A stretch of 64,000 bases of DNA from NCBI GenBank assembly GCA_963727905.1, contig CAVSIC010000021.1:34998-98997 (forward strand), written 5' to 3'. Position 1 is the stretch's first letter. Every line of letters begins with the position of its first letter. The stretch is from an uncultured Microthrixaceae bacterium (GTDB taxonomy: Bacteria; Actinomycetota; Acidimicrobiia; Acidimicrobiales; VFJN01). The notes under the pieces are model-generated. The model had not been told where the DNA came from and did no database searches. It saw only the letters and a program-made list of their open reading frames with translations. Position numbers and translations under genes: made by a program. Shown here one piece after another: positions 16,160 through 25,453 of this stretch.

Positions 16160-18316
16160 ATGTCGATCGCCATCACCGAAGACCATCTGGCCCTGGCCGA
16201 GACGGCCGCCGACTTCCTCCAGAAGCGGGACGCCCGGGGGGTGGCCCGCTCGATGCTCGAGGCTCCCATCGAGGAGCTCCCCGACTTCTGGAAGGCCCTC
16301 GTCGACCTCGGCTGGCTCGGCCTCCACATCCCGGAGGACCTCGGTGGCTCGGGCTACGGGCTCGAGGAGCTCGTGGTCGTGGTCGAGCAGCTCGGCCGCC
16401 AGATCACGCCCGGCCCGTTCGTCCCCACCGTGATCGCCAGCGCCCTGCTGGTCGCCGCGGGCGACGACGCCACCAAGAGCAAGCTCCTCCCCGGCCTGGC
16501 CGACGGCTCCGTCGCCGGCGCCGTGGCCCTCGCGGGCAACGTCACCGTCGAGGGCGGCAAGGCCTCCGGCGATGCCGGCAACGTGCTCGGCGGCGGCCTG
16601 GCCCAGGTCCTCCTCGTGGCCTCGGGCGACGACGTCGCCGTGGTGGAGGTGGGCGACGGCGTCACCGTCACCGTGCCCGCCAACCTCGACCCCAGCCGCC
16701 GCACCGCCAAGGTCACGCTCGACGGCGCCGCCGCCACCGTGCTCGAGGGCGCCCGCCGCACCCTCACCGACCTGGCCCGCGTGATCCTCGCCGCCGAGGC
16801 CGTCGGCGTCGCCGGCGAGGCGGCCGAGATGGGCGCCGCCTACGCGCGGGAGCGCCTGCAGTTCGGTCGCGTGATCGGCACCTACCAGGCCGTGAAGCAC
16901 CACTGCGCCAACATGGTCGTGGCCACCGAGATGGCCACCAGCGCCGTGTGGGACGCCGCTCGCGCCACCTCCACCGGCGGCGACCAGCTCAGCTATGCCG
17001 CGGCCGTGGCCGCCACGCTCGCGGCGCCGGCCGCCGACAAGTGCGCCAACCTCAACACCCAGGTCCACGGCGGCATCGCCATCACCTGGGAGCACGACGC
17101 CCACCTGTACATGCGCCGGGCCACGACCCTCCTCGGGTACCTGGCCGCCGACGAGGCCGCCGCGGACCTGACCGACCTCGTGCGCAGCGGCGTGGAGCGC
17201 GAGAAGGCCATCGAGCTGCCGCCGGAGGCCGAGGCCATCCGCACCGAGGTCCGGGCCTTCGTCGAGAGCATCAAGGGACTGTCGTCCGACGACCAACGCA
17301 CCAAGCTCATCGAGACCGGCTACCTCATGCCGAACTGGCCCAAGCCGTACGGCCGGGCCGCCGGCGCGGTGGAGCAGCTCGTCATCGAGCAGGAGTTCAA
17401 GGCCGGCGGGATCAAGAAGCCGCAGTACGGCATCACCGCGTGGAACATCCTCACGATCATCCAGTACGGCAACCAGGACCAGCTCGACCGCTGGGTGAAG
17501 CCGGCGCTGGACCAGGAGGTCATCTGGTGCCAGCTCTTCAGCGAGCCCGACGCCGGGTCTGACGCGGCCGGCATCAAGACCAAGGCCACCCGGGTGGACG
17601 GCGGCTGGCTGGTCAACGGCCAGAAGGTCTGGACCTCCGGCGCCCACTACAGCGGCATGGGCTTCGCCACCGTGCGCACCAACCCGGACGTCCCGAAGCA
17701 CGACGGCATCACGATGATGGCGATCGACATGCACGGCACCGGCGTCGAGGTGCGGCCGCTGAAGATGACCACCGGGAACTCGGAGTTCAACGAGGTCTTC
17801 TTCAACGACGTGTTCGTTCCGGACGACGACGTCGTCGGCCCCGTGGACGGCGGCTGGACCGTCGCCCGCGCCACGCTCGGCAACGAGAGCGTGAGCATCG
17901 GCGGCGGCGGTGGCGGCGGCTTCGCGATGCCGCCCCAGGCCCTCCTGTCGCAGTTCGACGCCCACCCGGAGCGCCTCTACGGCGGCGCCGCCCGCATCGG
18001 CCGCTACATCGCCGAGAACCAGGCCATCACGCTGCTCAACCTGCGTTCGGCCAACCGGGCGGTCGCCGGCGGCGGCCCCGGCCCCGAGGGCGCCATGACC
18101 AAGCTCATCCTCTCGGAGATCGGCCACGAGTCGGCGGCCATCCTCACCGAGGTCATCGGTCCAGAGTCCGCCTTCATGGAGGGCGACGGGATGATGAGCA
18201 ACATGATGGTGCTCATGCACCGCGGCCTCTCGATCGCCGGCGGCACCAGCGAGATCAAGCGGAACCAGATCGGCGAGCGCCTCGCCGGCCTGCCCCGCGA
18301 CCCGCTCATCAAGTAG
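16160..18316 (+). CDS. Fused double acyl-CoA dehydrogenase (two ACAD units in one 718-aa chain)
   Basis: Start ATG 16160 inside track ORF 15968..18316. The first half ends with 'YARERLQFGRVIGTYQAVKHHCANM...QVHGGIAITWEHDAHLYMRRA'. The second half has 'CQLFSEPDAGSDAAGIKTKATRVDGGWLVNGQKVWTSGA' and 'IAGGTSEIKRNQIGERLAGLP'. Confidence 0.85.
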   Translation: MSIAITEDHLALAETAADFLQKRDARGVARSMLEAPIEELPDFWKALVDLGWLGLHIPEDLGGSGYGLEELVVVVEQLGRQITPGPFVPTVIASALLVAAGDDATKSKLLPGLADGSVAGAVALAGNVTVEGGKASGDAGNVLGGGLAQVLLVASGDDVAVVEVGDGVTVTVPANLDPSRRTAKVTLDGAAATVLEGARRTLTDLARVILAAEAVGVAGEAAEMGAAYARERLQFGRVIGTYQAVKHHCANMVVATEMATSAVWDAARATSTGGDQLSYAAAVAATLAAPAADKCANLNTQVHGGIAITWEHDAHLYMRRATTLLGYLAADEAAADLTDLVRSGVEREKAIELPPEAEAIRTEVRAFVESIKGLSSDDQRTKLIETGYLMPNWPKPYGRAAGAVEQLVIEQEFKAGGIKKPQYGITAWNILTIIQYGNQDQLDRWVKPALDQEVIWCQLFSEPDAGSDAAGIKTKATRVDGGWLVNGQKVWTSGAHYSGMGFATVRTNPDVPKHDGITMMAIDMHGTGVEVRPLKMTTGNSEFNEVFFNDVFVPDDDVVGPVDGGWTVARATLGNESVSIGGGGGGGFAMPPQALLSQFDAHPERLYGGAARIGRYIAENQAITLLNLRSANRAVAGGGPGPEGAMTKLILSEIGHESAAILTEVIGPESAFMEGDGMMSNMMVLMHRGLSIAGGTSEIKRNQIGERLAGLPRDPLIK

Positions 18317-18322
18317 CGGCGA

Positions 18323-19762
18323 TCAGCCCAGCGACACCCGGAGCGACGGGGCGGTCCCGCGCGGCCCCGCCGGGGGCAAGGGCGCGCGCGTGCGGTTCCG
18401 GGTCAGGGTCAGGCGGTCGATCACGGCCCCGGTAGGGGTGACCGCTCGCAGACGCAGCTCGGTCGTGCCGTCGGGACCCGGCGGGATCACGTCGATCGCG
18501 AGCACGGAGCTGACGGGGTTCGCCACCGCGGACCAGGTCGTCAGCTCCGGGACCTTGAGGCCGATGCCGCCCTGGGTGACGTAGGAGACCCCGGGAAGGA
18601 AGGTCGGGTACGCAGCCTGCCCGCCCCCGCCGGCGGTGATGTAGGTGGTGCCGCGGGCGCTCGACCACGAACCGCCGTTGGCGACCTCGCGCACGACCTC
18701 GCCGCCGCGCATCGGGTGGGCCCGCTCGTAGCAGTGGTTGTGGCCGTTGACGACGAGGTCGACCTGGTGCTCGTCGAACAGCGCGCCCCACGCATCGCGC
18801 ACGCCGCCGTCGGAGCCGTGGACGGCGTTCGAGCAGTAGGCGCAGTGGTGGAAGCCCGCCACGATCCAGTCGATCGTCGGATCCGTCCGCAGCGCAGCGA
18901 GCGTGCGGCCGAGCCACGCCGTCTGCGCGCCACCGGTCCAGCCGCGGTTGCGGGCGATCTCGGAGGAGACGTCGTTGGCGTCGAGGTTCACGAACGCGAC
19001 GTTGCCGTGGCGCGCCGTCCACGCGGTGGGCACGCCCTTCGGGCCGTTGCCGGGCAGCGGCACGCGGGCGAGGTACCCGTCGTAGCCGAGCTCGCCCTGG
19101 CCGTCCTCCATCTCGTGGTTGCCGACGCCGGCCAGCCACGGCGTGGCGGCGCCGCCCGCTCCGGAGACGAGGCCGAGCCACCGGTCCCACACCGCGTGGT
19201 CGACGGTGGGTGGGATCAGCTCAGGCAGGTTGGGCGTGAGGCCGCCGGTCTTCGACGCGTACGAGAGGTCACCCACGACGAACACCACGTCGGGAGCGAT
19301 GCGCCGGATGCTGGCGTCCACCGCGGCGGCCTCGGCGCCGTCGCCCTGGTCACCGAACGCGACGAACGTGAACGGCACCGCCGCCGTCGGCGCCGTGGTC
19401 GCCGTGCCGGAGACGGCGCCACCGGTGTGCGACAGGCGGTACGAGTGCACGGTCGCGGAATCGAGGCCGTCGACCAGCACGTGGTGGTAGCGGACGCTGC
19501 TCCCGACCACCGCCCGCGTCTCGACCGGCACGACCCGGCCGAGGCTGCCATCGAGACCGACCTCGGCCCGCAGGTCGCGCACGGGACCGGGCGTCGACCA
19601 GGCCAGGCGAAGGGACCGGGCCGCATCGGGCCCGTAGCCCACTCGCGGCGCGACCGGCGGCGCGGCCCACGCCCCCGGGGTGCGGAGCAGGAGCAGGCCG
19701 GCGGTGGCCGCCGAGCCCGCGAGGAAGTGGCGGCGGGTGAGGCGGACGGACACCGCCGGCAC
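18323..19762 (-). CDS. Tat-secreted metallophosphoesterase (purple-acid-phosphatase-like)
   Basis: 479 aa. Twin-arginine signal 'LTRRHFLAGSAATAGLLLL...AWA'. Metallophosphoesterase motifs 'FGDQG', 'GDLSY', 'GNHE', 'VAGFHH' and 'GHNHCYER'. Confidence 0.85.
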   Translation of the reverse strand: MPAVSVRLTRRHFLAGSAATAGLLLLRTPGAWAAPPVAPRVGYGPDAARSLRLAWSTPGPVRDLRAEVGLDGSLGRVVPVETRAVVGSSVRYHHVLVDGLDSATVHSYRLSHTGGAVSGTATTAPTAAVPFTFVAFGDQGDGAEAAAVDASIRRIAPDVVFVVGDLSYASKTGGLTPNLPELIPPTVDHAVWDRWLGLVSGAGGAATPWLAGVGNHEMEDGQGELGYDGYLARVPLPGNGPKGVPTAWTARHGNVAFVNLDANDVSSEIARNRGWTGGAQTAWLGRTLAALRTDPTIDWIVAGFHHCAYCSNAVHGSDGGVRDAWGALFDEHQVDLVVNGHNHCYERAHPMRGGEVVREVANGGSWSSARGTTYITAGGGGQAAYPTFLPGVSYVTQGGIGLKVPELTTWSAVANPVSSVLAIDVIPPGPDGTTELRLRAVTPTGAVIDRLTLTRNRTRAPLPPAGPRGTAPSLRVSLG

Positions 19763-19977
19763 GGTAGCGGGAGGGAGCCGTCCGGATCAGGCCAGCCGGC
19801 GGTCGATCTCGGCACCCGGCGGCGCCGCGGCCGCGGCGATGCCCTCGCCGTCCTCGCCATCCGGCCGTGACGCCGGGCACAACCGATGAACGGACGTGCC
19901 AGCCGTCGTCAGAAGGGGAACACTTGGGGGGAACCCACGGTTGACGCCGGGTGACGAAATCGGGTGGGGGTGAGCGC

Positions 19978-22083
19978 ATGACCGAACCACGGACGGAGGG
20001 AGAGCCCTCTGCCGTCGGGCCCCGGCGCACGTCCGACGACATCGCCCCGCTCGTCGACCTCCGGGACCCCGCCGCCGTCGATCCGGCCGCCACCGGGGCC
20101 AAGGCCGCTGCGCTGGCCCGAGCGGCCGCCGCGGGGCTCCCCACCCTCCCCGGGCTGGTGCTCACCACGGCATTCACCGACGACGTCGACGCGGGGGCGC
20201 AGGTGGCCGGCCACCCTGCGCTGCGCGACCTGCCCCGCGCCCTCGTCACCGGAAGCGACCAGCGGCTCATCGTCCGCAGCTCGTCCACGGCCGAGGACGG
20301 CGAGCACACCTCGCAGGCCGGTCAGTTCGCCTCCGTCGCCCCTGTCGATGGCCCCGACGAGCTCGCCATGGCGGTGCAGGTCGTCCTCGACTCGCGACGT
20401 GCCCCCGGCGCGCCGGCCGACGCGGCCATGGCCGTGCTCGTGCAGCCGTACCTCGACGTGGTCGTCGGTGGCGTGATGTTCGGCGTCGACCCCGTGAGCG
20501 GGCGCCGCGACCGCCGGGTGGTGTCCGCCGTCCGCGACTCCGTGGAGGGGCTGGTCAGCGGCACCGTGGCCGGCTCGAGGTACGTGGTGGACCCGGCGGG
20601 CGGCGTCGTCGAGCGCGACCGCGGCGACGGCCCCGCGCTGAGCCGGCGTTCGCTGCGGCGGCTGGTGCGACTTGCCGATCGAGCGGCTGCGCTCTTCGGC
20701 GGTCCGCAGGACATCGAGTGGGCCATCGACCGCCATCGTCGGCTCTGGCTGCTGCAGAGCCGGCCGGTCACCACCGAGGTGCGCGGGGTCCCGATCGGTC
20801 CCGTCTACGGGCCCGGCCCCGTGGCCGAGACGTTCCCGGAGCCGCTCACCGAGCTCGAGCACGACCTCTGGGTGCCGCCCCTGCGCGACGCCGTCCGCCA
20901 CGCGGTCGTCCTCGCGGGGGCGGCGTCGCACCGCGAGATCGCGGCCAGCGGCGTGGTGGTGCAGGTCGAGGGACACGTCGCCATCGACCTCCACCTCGCC
21001 GGTCAGCAGGAGCGGCACCGCGGGATCGCCCACCACGTGGACCCGCGCCCCGCACTGCACCGGCTCCGGGGCACGTGGCGCGTCGGGCGCCTCCGCGCCG
21101 CGCTCCCGAGCCTGGCCGAGCACCTCCTGTCCCGCACCGACGCCGACCTTCGGCGGGTGCCCGAGCTCGGCGACCTCTCCGCCCGGCAGCTCGTCGCCCT
21201 CCTGCACCGTGCCCGCGACGTGCTGCGCGCCCTGCACGCCCACGAGGTGCTGATGGGCCTCCTGACCGACGCCGGCAGCACCCTCACGGGCGCGTCCGTG
21301 GCGCTGCGCGTCCTGGGCAACGCGCGGGAGGAGGGGCTCACCGACGCCGAGATCGTGGAGCGCTACCCGGTCGTGCTCGCCGTCACCGCGCCGCGGGTCG
21401 GCCCGCGGCCCGACCTCGCCCCGGGCCTCGAGACCGGCCTCCTCGGCGACGGTCCCGCCGGCGATCCGCACGAGAACGAGGCGGGCGTGCTGCGGGAGGC
21501 GCTGCGGCTCCGCGTCCGCTGGGTCCAGGAGCTCGGAGGCCGGGCCGCCTGGGAGCTCGGTCAGCGGCTCCACGCAGAGGGCCTCCTCACCGACCCCGAG
21601 CGGGTCCGCCACCTGCACCTCGAGGACCTCGATGCCGTGGCCACCCATCGGGGCGAGCTGGTGCCGGCCCTCCTCACCACCCACGAGGACCACCCGGGTC
21701 CGGCGCTGCCCGCCCGGTTCCGCATCTCCGACACGGGGCGGCCCATCCGGGTGCGCGAGGGCGAGGCCGGCGGCGGCACCGGCGCCGGAGGCGGCGTGGG
21801 CCGCGGGGTCGTCACCCACGACGCGGCCGATCCGCCGGAGGGGTCCGTCCTCGTCACCACCACCCTCACCCCCGGGCTCGGCCCGCTCCTCTCACGGCTC
21901 GAGGGCATCGTCGCCGAGACCGGCTCCGTGCTGTCGCACCTCGCGATCCTCGCCCGGGAGGCCGGCGTCGCCACCGTGGTCGGGTACCCCGCCGCCACCG
22001 AGGAGCTCGCCGAGGGCTCCGTCGTGGTGGTCGACGGCCACACCGGGAACGTCACGATCGAGTCCACGGAGGCCCGGTCGTGA
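19978..22083 (+). CDS. PEP/pyruvate-binding (PPDK_N ATP-grasp) plus C-terminal phosphohistidine swivel-domain enzyme; rifampicin-phosphotransferase-like architecture
   Basis: N-terminal half: 'RSSSTAEDGEHTSQAGQFASV', 'AVLVQPYLDVVVGGVMFGVDPVSG', 'DIEWAIDRHRRLWLLQSRPVTT'. C-terminus: 'LVTTTLTPGLGPLLSRLEGIVAETGSVLSHLAILAREAGVATVVG' (mobile His domain). The start is ATG 19978 or the track start 19951. Confidence 0.8.
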   Translation: MTEPRTEGEPSAVGPRRTSDDIAPLVDLRDPAAVDPAATGAKAAALARAAAAGLPTLPGLVLTTAFTDDVDAGAQVAGHPALRDLPRALVTGSDQRLIVRSSSTAEDGEHTSQAGQFASVAPVDGPDELAMAVQVVLDSRRAPGAPADAAMAVLVQPYLDVVVGGVMFGVDPVSGRRDRRVVSAVRDSVEGLVSGTVAGSRYVVDPAGGVVERDRGDGPALSRRSLRRLVRLADRAAALFGGPQDIEWAIDRHRRLWLLQSRPVTTEVRGVPIGPVYGPGPVAETFPEPLTELEHDLWVPPLRDAVRHAVVLAGAASHREIAASGVVVQVEGHVAIDLHLAGQQERHRGIAHHVDPRPALHRLRGTWRVGRLRAALPSLAEHLLSRTDADLRRVPELGDLSARQLVALLHRARDVLRALHAHEVLMGLLTDAGSTLTGASVALRVLGNAREEGLTDAEIVERYPVVLAVTAPRVGPRPDLAPGLETGLLGDGPAGDPHENEAGVLREALRLRVRWVQELGGRAAWELGQRLHAEGLLTDPERVRHLHLEDLDAVATHRGELVPALLTTHEDHPGPALPARFRISDTGRPIRVREGEAGGGTGAGGGVGRGVVTHDAADPPEGSVLVTTTLTPGLGPLLSRLEGIVAETGSVLSHLAILAREAGVATVVGYPAATEELAEGSVVVVDGHTGNVTIESTEARS

Positions 22084-22607
22084 AGCTCGTCGCCTGGCTC
22101 GCGGGCCTCGCCTCCGCCGTCACCGCCGGGGGCTACATGGTCGTGTCGCTCAACCGGTGGGAGTGGGACCGGGCCCTCTTCTTCGGCCTCATCCTGCTGA
22201 TGGCCGAGGTCGGGCTGGCCACGGGCCTCGTGCTCCGCAAGCTCGATCGCATCTCCGCGCAGGTCGAGCGCGCCGGTCCCGTCGATCCCGCCGTCACCGG
22301 CATCGTGCAGCACACCCGCCCGGCGGCCCCCGACCGGTTCGCGTGGCTCCGGGAGACCACCCAGCGCACCAACGTCTTCATCACCTTCCTCGTCGGCGGC
22401 GGCGTGCTCCTGTCGGGCATGGCGTGGCTCGTCGACCGCGTCGCCTCCCGCACCTCCACCCCCCAGCGCGAGGAGCGCCTCGTTCGCCTCCTCGCCCCGA
22501 TCAGCTACCCCGCCGCGGGCCTCCTGGTCGACGACGCCACGGCCCTGACGCAGGACGTCCCGGGCGACGACGACGGCCAGCTGCGCCGCCTGCTGCGCGG
22601 GACCTGA
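22080..22607 (+). CDS. Hypothetical membrane protein (175 aa), translationally coupled to the PEP-utilising enzyme
   Basis: GTG 22080 overlaps the upstream TGA (GTGA). Hydrophobic helices: VAWLAGLASAVTAGGYMVV, LFFGLILLMAEVGLATGLVL, VFITFLVGGGVLLSGMAWLV. No recognisable domain. Confidence 0.55.
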   Translation: MKLVAWLAGLASAVTAGGYMVVSLNRWEWDRALFFGLILLMAEVGLATGLVLRKLDRISAQVERAGPVDPAVTGIVQHTRPAAPDRFAWLRETTQRTNVFITFLVGGGVLLSGMAWLVDRVASRTSTPQREERLVRLLAPISYPAAGLLVDDATALTQDVPGDDDGQLRRLLRGT

Positions 22608-22612
22608 ACGCC

Positions 22613-23008
22613 GTGCCGGATCAGCGTCGCCTCGTCGCCCGGTTGCTGCTGGCCGGCGTCGGGCTGGCGCTCGGGATCGGGGGCGTGCTGGCGCTGCGGG
22701 AGGCGACCCTCTCCACGCACCAGCACGTGAGCCGCAATACGGAGGCTGTGCTGCTGCTCGACGCGGAGATCAAGGGCGGCGAGCCGGGGCAGACGCGCGA
22801 CGAGGCCGTGGAGGCGATGGTGTGGACCTGCCGCCTCGAGGTGGGGCGCTCGGACCCTCACCGCATCGACGACCTCGGTGACGGTCGCTACCGGGTGGTG
22901 CTGCGGCCGGGCATGGACCAGACCAACCAGCGCCAGCTACGTGGCTGCCTCGAGGACTGGCACATCGACCACGTCCGCATCGACGTGGTCAGCCTCGAGG
23001 TGCGCTGA
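22613..23008 (+). CDS. Hypothetical protein (131 aa) with an N-terminal TM anchor
   Basis: GTG 22613 lies 5 nt after the previous stop. 'LVARLLLAGVGLALGIGGVLAL' is followed by a soluble domain (...VWTCRLEVGRSDPHRIDDLGDGRYRVVLRPGMDQTNQRQLRGCLEDW...). Its 3' end overlaps the convergent PAP2 gene by 72 nt. Confidence 0.45.
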   Translation: MPDQRRLVARLLLAGVGLALGIGGVLALREATLSTHQHVSRNTEAVLLLDAEIKGGEPGQTRDEAVEAMVWTCRLEVGRSDPHRIDDLGDGRYRVVLRPGMDQTNQRQLRGCLEDWHIDHVRIDVVSLEVR

Positions 23009-23701
23009 CGGGTCGGGGGCGACCGTCCGTCCGCCGTGCAGGCGGAGGAGGAGCCACTCGGCGGCCGCGACACCGAGGATGGTGAGCGCCAGGGCGGCCA
23101 CCACGTCGGAGGCCCAGTGCACGCCGAGCCACACCCGGCTGAAGGCCACCGCCACGGCGAGGATCCACACCGAGATGGCCGAGAGCCACCACAGGAACCG
23201 GCGCCGCGTGTAGAGCGCGATCACGGGCGGGAGCAGCCCCCAGCTGGCGGCGATGGCCAGCGGGTGCCCGCTCGGGAACGAGTAGCCGGCGCCGTTGACC
23301 ATCCGGTTGCCATCGGGCCGGGGCCGCGAGATGAGCTCCTTGAGGGTGAACTCCGCCAGCGGGCGGGCGACGGCGATGATCACGATCGCGAGGGCCAGGC
23401 GCGGGCAGCGGCGGGCGGCGAGCAGCGCGGCGACGCCGGCGACCGGGAAGACCACCTTGGTGGAGCCCAGGAACGACACGCGGCGGACCACGGCGTTGAG
23501 CTCCGGCGTGCGGAGGGAGACCAGCCAGCGGGTGATGACCTCGTCCCACGGCAGGGTGTTGAAGATCGCCCCTGCGGCGAGCGCCACGAAGAGGAGGATG
23601 GCGGCCGGGACGAGCCAGCGGAACCGGGCCGACACCTGTCCGAGGGTCATGGGCGGATGGGCGTGCAGGTCCACGAGGGCCAAGGGTAAGGGTTCGGGCA
23701 C
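22937..23701 (-). CDS. PAP2-family lipid phosphatase
   Basis: The three PAP2 motifs are present: 'KELISRPRP', 'PSGH' and 'SRVWLGVHWASD'. Several TM helices. The start could instead be the internal ATG at 23650. Confidence 0.8.
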   Translation of the reverse strand: MPEPLPLALVDLHAHPPMTLGQVSARFRWLVPAAILLFVALAAGAIFNTLPWDEVITRWLVSLRTPELNAVVRRVSFLGSTKVVFPVAGVAALLAARRCPRLALAIVIIAVARPLAEFTLKELISRPRPDGNRMVNGAGYSFPSGHPLAIAASWGLLPPVIALYTRRRFLWWLSAISVWILAVAVAFSRVWLGVHWASDVVAALALTILGVAAAEWLLLRLHGGRTVAPDPSAHLEADHVDADVVDVPVLEAAT

Positions 23702-23741
23702 CCCCGTTGGAAGTCGCGCGACCCGAAATGAGCCGAACGAC

Positions 23742-24680
23742 CTAGCGGGGACCCGCGATCCCCGCGTGCTCGAGGAGGAGCGAGCGGAACTCCGCCTCGG
23801 TGGCGTGCGCCGGCTCCGTCGCGGCCACGAACGCCTCGAACGCCTCGATGAAGTCGGGCGCGGCGTCGGTCGGCAGGAAGTGGCCGATGCCCGGGAGCAC
23901 CACGAGGGTGCTGCCCGGGATGAGCGCGTGGGCGGCGTGGGCGTGGGCCACCGGGATGATCTGGTCGCGCTCGCCCCACAGGATCAGGGTGGGCACCTCG
24001 CTCGCCAGGTAGAGGCGATCGCGGGCGCTCACGCGCTGCCCCATCGGGTCGATCACCGACCGGACGGTGTGGATGAACGCCATCCGGCCGCCGATCTCCG
24101 ACAGACCGGTGTAGCTGCGCCACACCTCGCGGCCCGTGGCGCCCATGCGCAGGCCCCGCCGGCCGAACCACCGGTTGATGGCGTCGAGCACGCTGTGCAT
24201 CTGGCCGCTGAGCAGCACCGGCATCACGAGCTCGCTGCCGGGGAGGCTGACCGCTCGCAGCAGCGAGTTGACCTCCTTGCCCAGACCGCCGCTGGCCACG
24301 AGCACCAGGCGCTCGCACCGCTCGGGGAACTGGTAGGCCAGCTGCAGCGCGACGCCGCCGCCGAGCGAGTGGCCCACGAACGTGGCCCGCTCGATGCCGA
24401 GCGCCACCATCAGGTCGCGCAGGCCGCTGGCGTAGGCGCCGAGGGAGTAGTCGCCCCGGGGCTTGGCGGAGTCGCCGTGGCCCAGCAGGTCGGGCGCCAG
24501 CACGGTGAAGTGGTCGGCCAGGGACGGCATCACCTCGTGCCAGGTGGTGGAGCTGCCGGCCAGGCCGTGGACCAGGACCACGGCGGGACCGGAGCCGGCC
24601 ATGCGGTAGCCGACGTCGTGGCCGTGGATCGTGATGTGGCGAAGGCTCAGGTCGTGGGGGTGGTCGGGCACGGCGTCCAC
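23742..24680 (-). CDS. Alpha/beta-fold hydrolase
   Basis: 'VVLVHGLAGSS', the nucleophile elbow 'GHSLGG' and the C-terminal 'GHF' His motif are present. Start set at GTG 24680 (or 24671), overlapping the upstream gene's stop at 24647. The track start 24848 lies inside that upstream gene. Confidence 0.85.
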   Translation of the reverse strand: MDAVPDHPHDLSLRHITIHGHDVGYRMAGSGPAVVLVHGLAGSSTTWHEVMPSLADHFTVLAPDLLGHGDSAKPRGDYSLGAYASGLRDLMVALGIERATFVGHSLGGGVALQLAYQFPERCERLVLVASGGLGKEVNSLLRAVSLPGSELVMPVLLSGQMHSVLDAINRWFGRRGLRMGATGREVWRSYTGLSEIGGRMAFIHTVRSVIDPMGQRVSARDRLYLASEVPTLILWGERDQIIPVAHAHAAHALIPGSTLVVLPGIGHFLPTDAAPDFIEAFEAFVAATEPAHATEAEFRSLLLEHAGIAGPR

Positions 24681-25414
24681 TGTGGCAGGGCCCGGCGGCG
24701 GTCCAGGAATCGGACCGCGGCCACCACCATCACGAGGACCACGAGCCCGTCGAGCCAGTAGTGGTTGGCGGTGACGACGACCGCGAACGACGTGACCACG
24801 GCATGGACGACCCCGATCCAGCGCCAGCGGGCGCGGGTCATCTGCCACATGCCGTACGCCACGATCAGCGCCCAGCCCACGTGCAGCGAGGGCATGGCGG
24901 CGTACTGGTTGGCCACGCTGGCCACGCCGGGCCGGGAGTAGATGGCCGGGCCGTAGCGGGCGATGGTGTCCACGAAGCCGGCCATCATCCGCGGCGGGGC
25001 CAGCGGGTAGAGGATCTGGGTCGCGAGGGCCACCCCCGTGACGGAGACGAACACGAACCGGATCCGGCGGTACAGGTCGGGGCTCTTCACGTACACGAGC
25101 GCGATGAACGCGACCGTGGCCGGGAAGTGGACCATCGCGTAGTACCGGTTCAGGAGCTTGATCACCGGCAGGTGGTCGAGCAGGACGTCCTGGAGCCGCT
25201 CCTCGTTGGCGAGGCCGACGTCGCGCTCCCAGCGCAGCACGTCACGGGCGTGGTCGAACGCCTCGTCGATGTTGTTCCGCCCGAGGTAGCGGCCGAGCCG
25301 GTACAGGGTGAGCAACGAGAACAGGAGCGCGATCTCGAGGAGCAGCCGACGGCCGAACCGCCCGCGCCACCAGACGCCGACGTGCGACCCCATCTGGACG
25401 CGCCCCGCAGACAC
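24647..25414 (-). CDS. PAP2_3-type membrane protein (inositol-phosphorylceramide-synthase/PAP2-like superfamily)
   Basis: 255 aa, polytopic. 'YAAMPSLHVGWALIV ... VVTANHYWLDGL' matches the PSLH ... H.x.D motif of the PAP2_3 family as I recall it. Confidence 0.65.
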   Translation of the reverse strand: MSAGRVQMGSHVGVWWRGRFGRRLLLEIALLFSLLTLYRLGRYLGRNNIDEAFDHARDVLRWERDVGLANEERLQDVLLDHLPVIKLLNRYYAMVHFPATVAFIALVYVKSPDLYRRIRFVFVSVTGVALATQILYPLAPPRMMAGFVDTIARYGPAIYSRPGVASVANQYAAMPSLHVGWALIVAYGMWQMTRARWRWIGVVHAVVTSFAVVVTANHYWLDGLVVLVMVVAAVRFLDRRRALPQWTPCPTTPTT

Positions 25415-25453
25415 GCTCGGGACCGTACCCCTCTTGCCGTGCTCGAAGCTCCC

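Noticed and set aside
19763-19977. The 215-bp intergenic region as a riboswitch, sRNA or small gene.
   Set aside because: I recognise no conserved riboswitch core. The only ORFs (19680..19889 plus, 19787..19990 minus) have junk composition. Only weak GGGGAAC repeats and a TTGACG hexamer without a convincing -10 are present.
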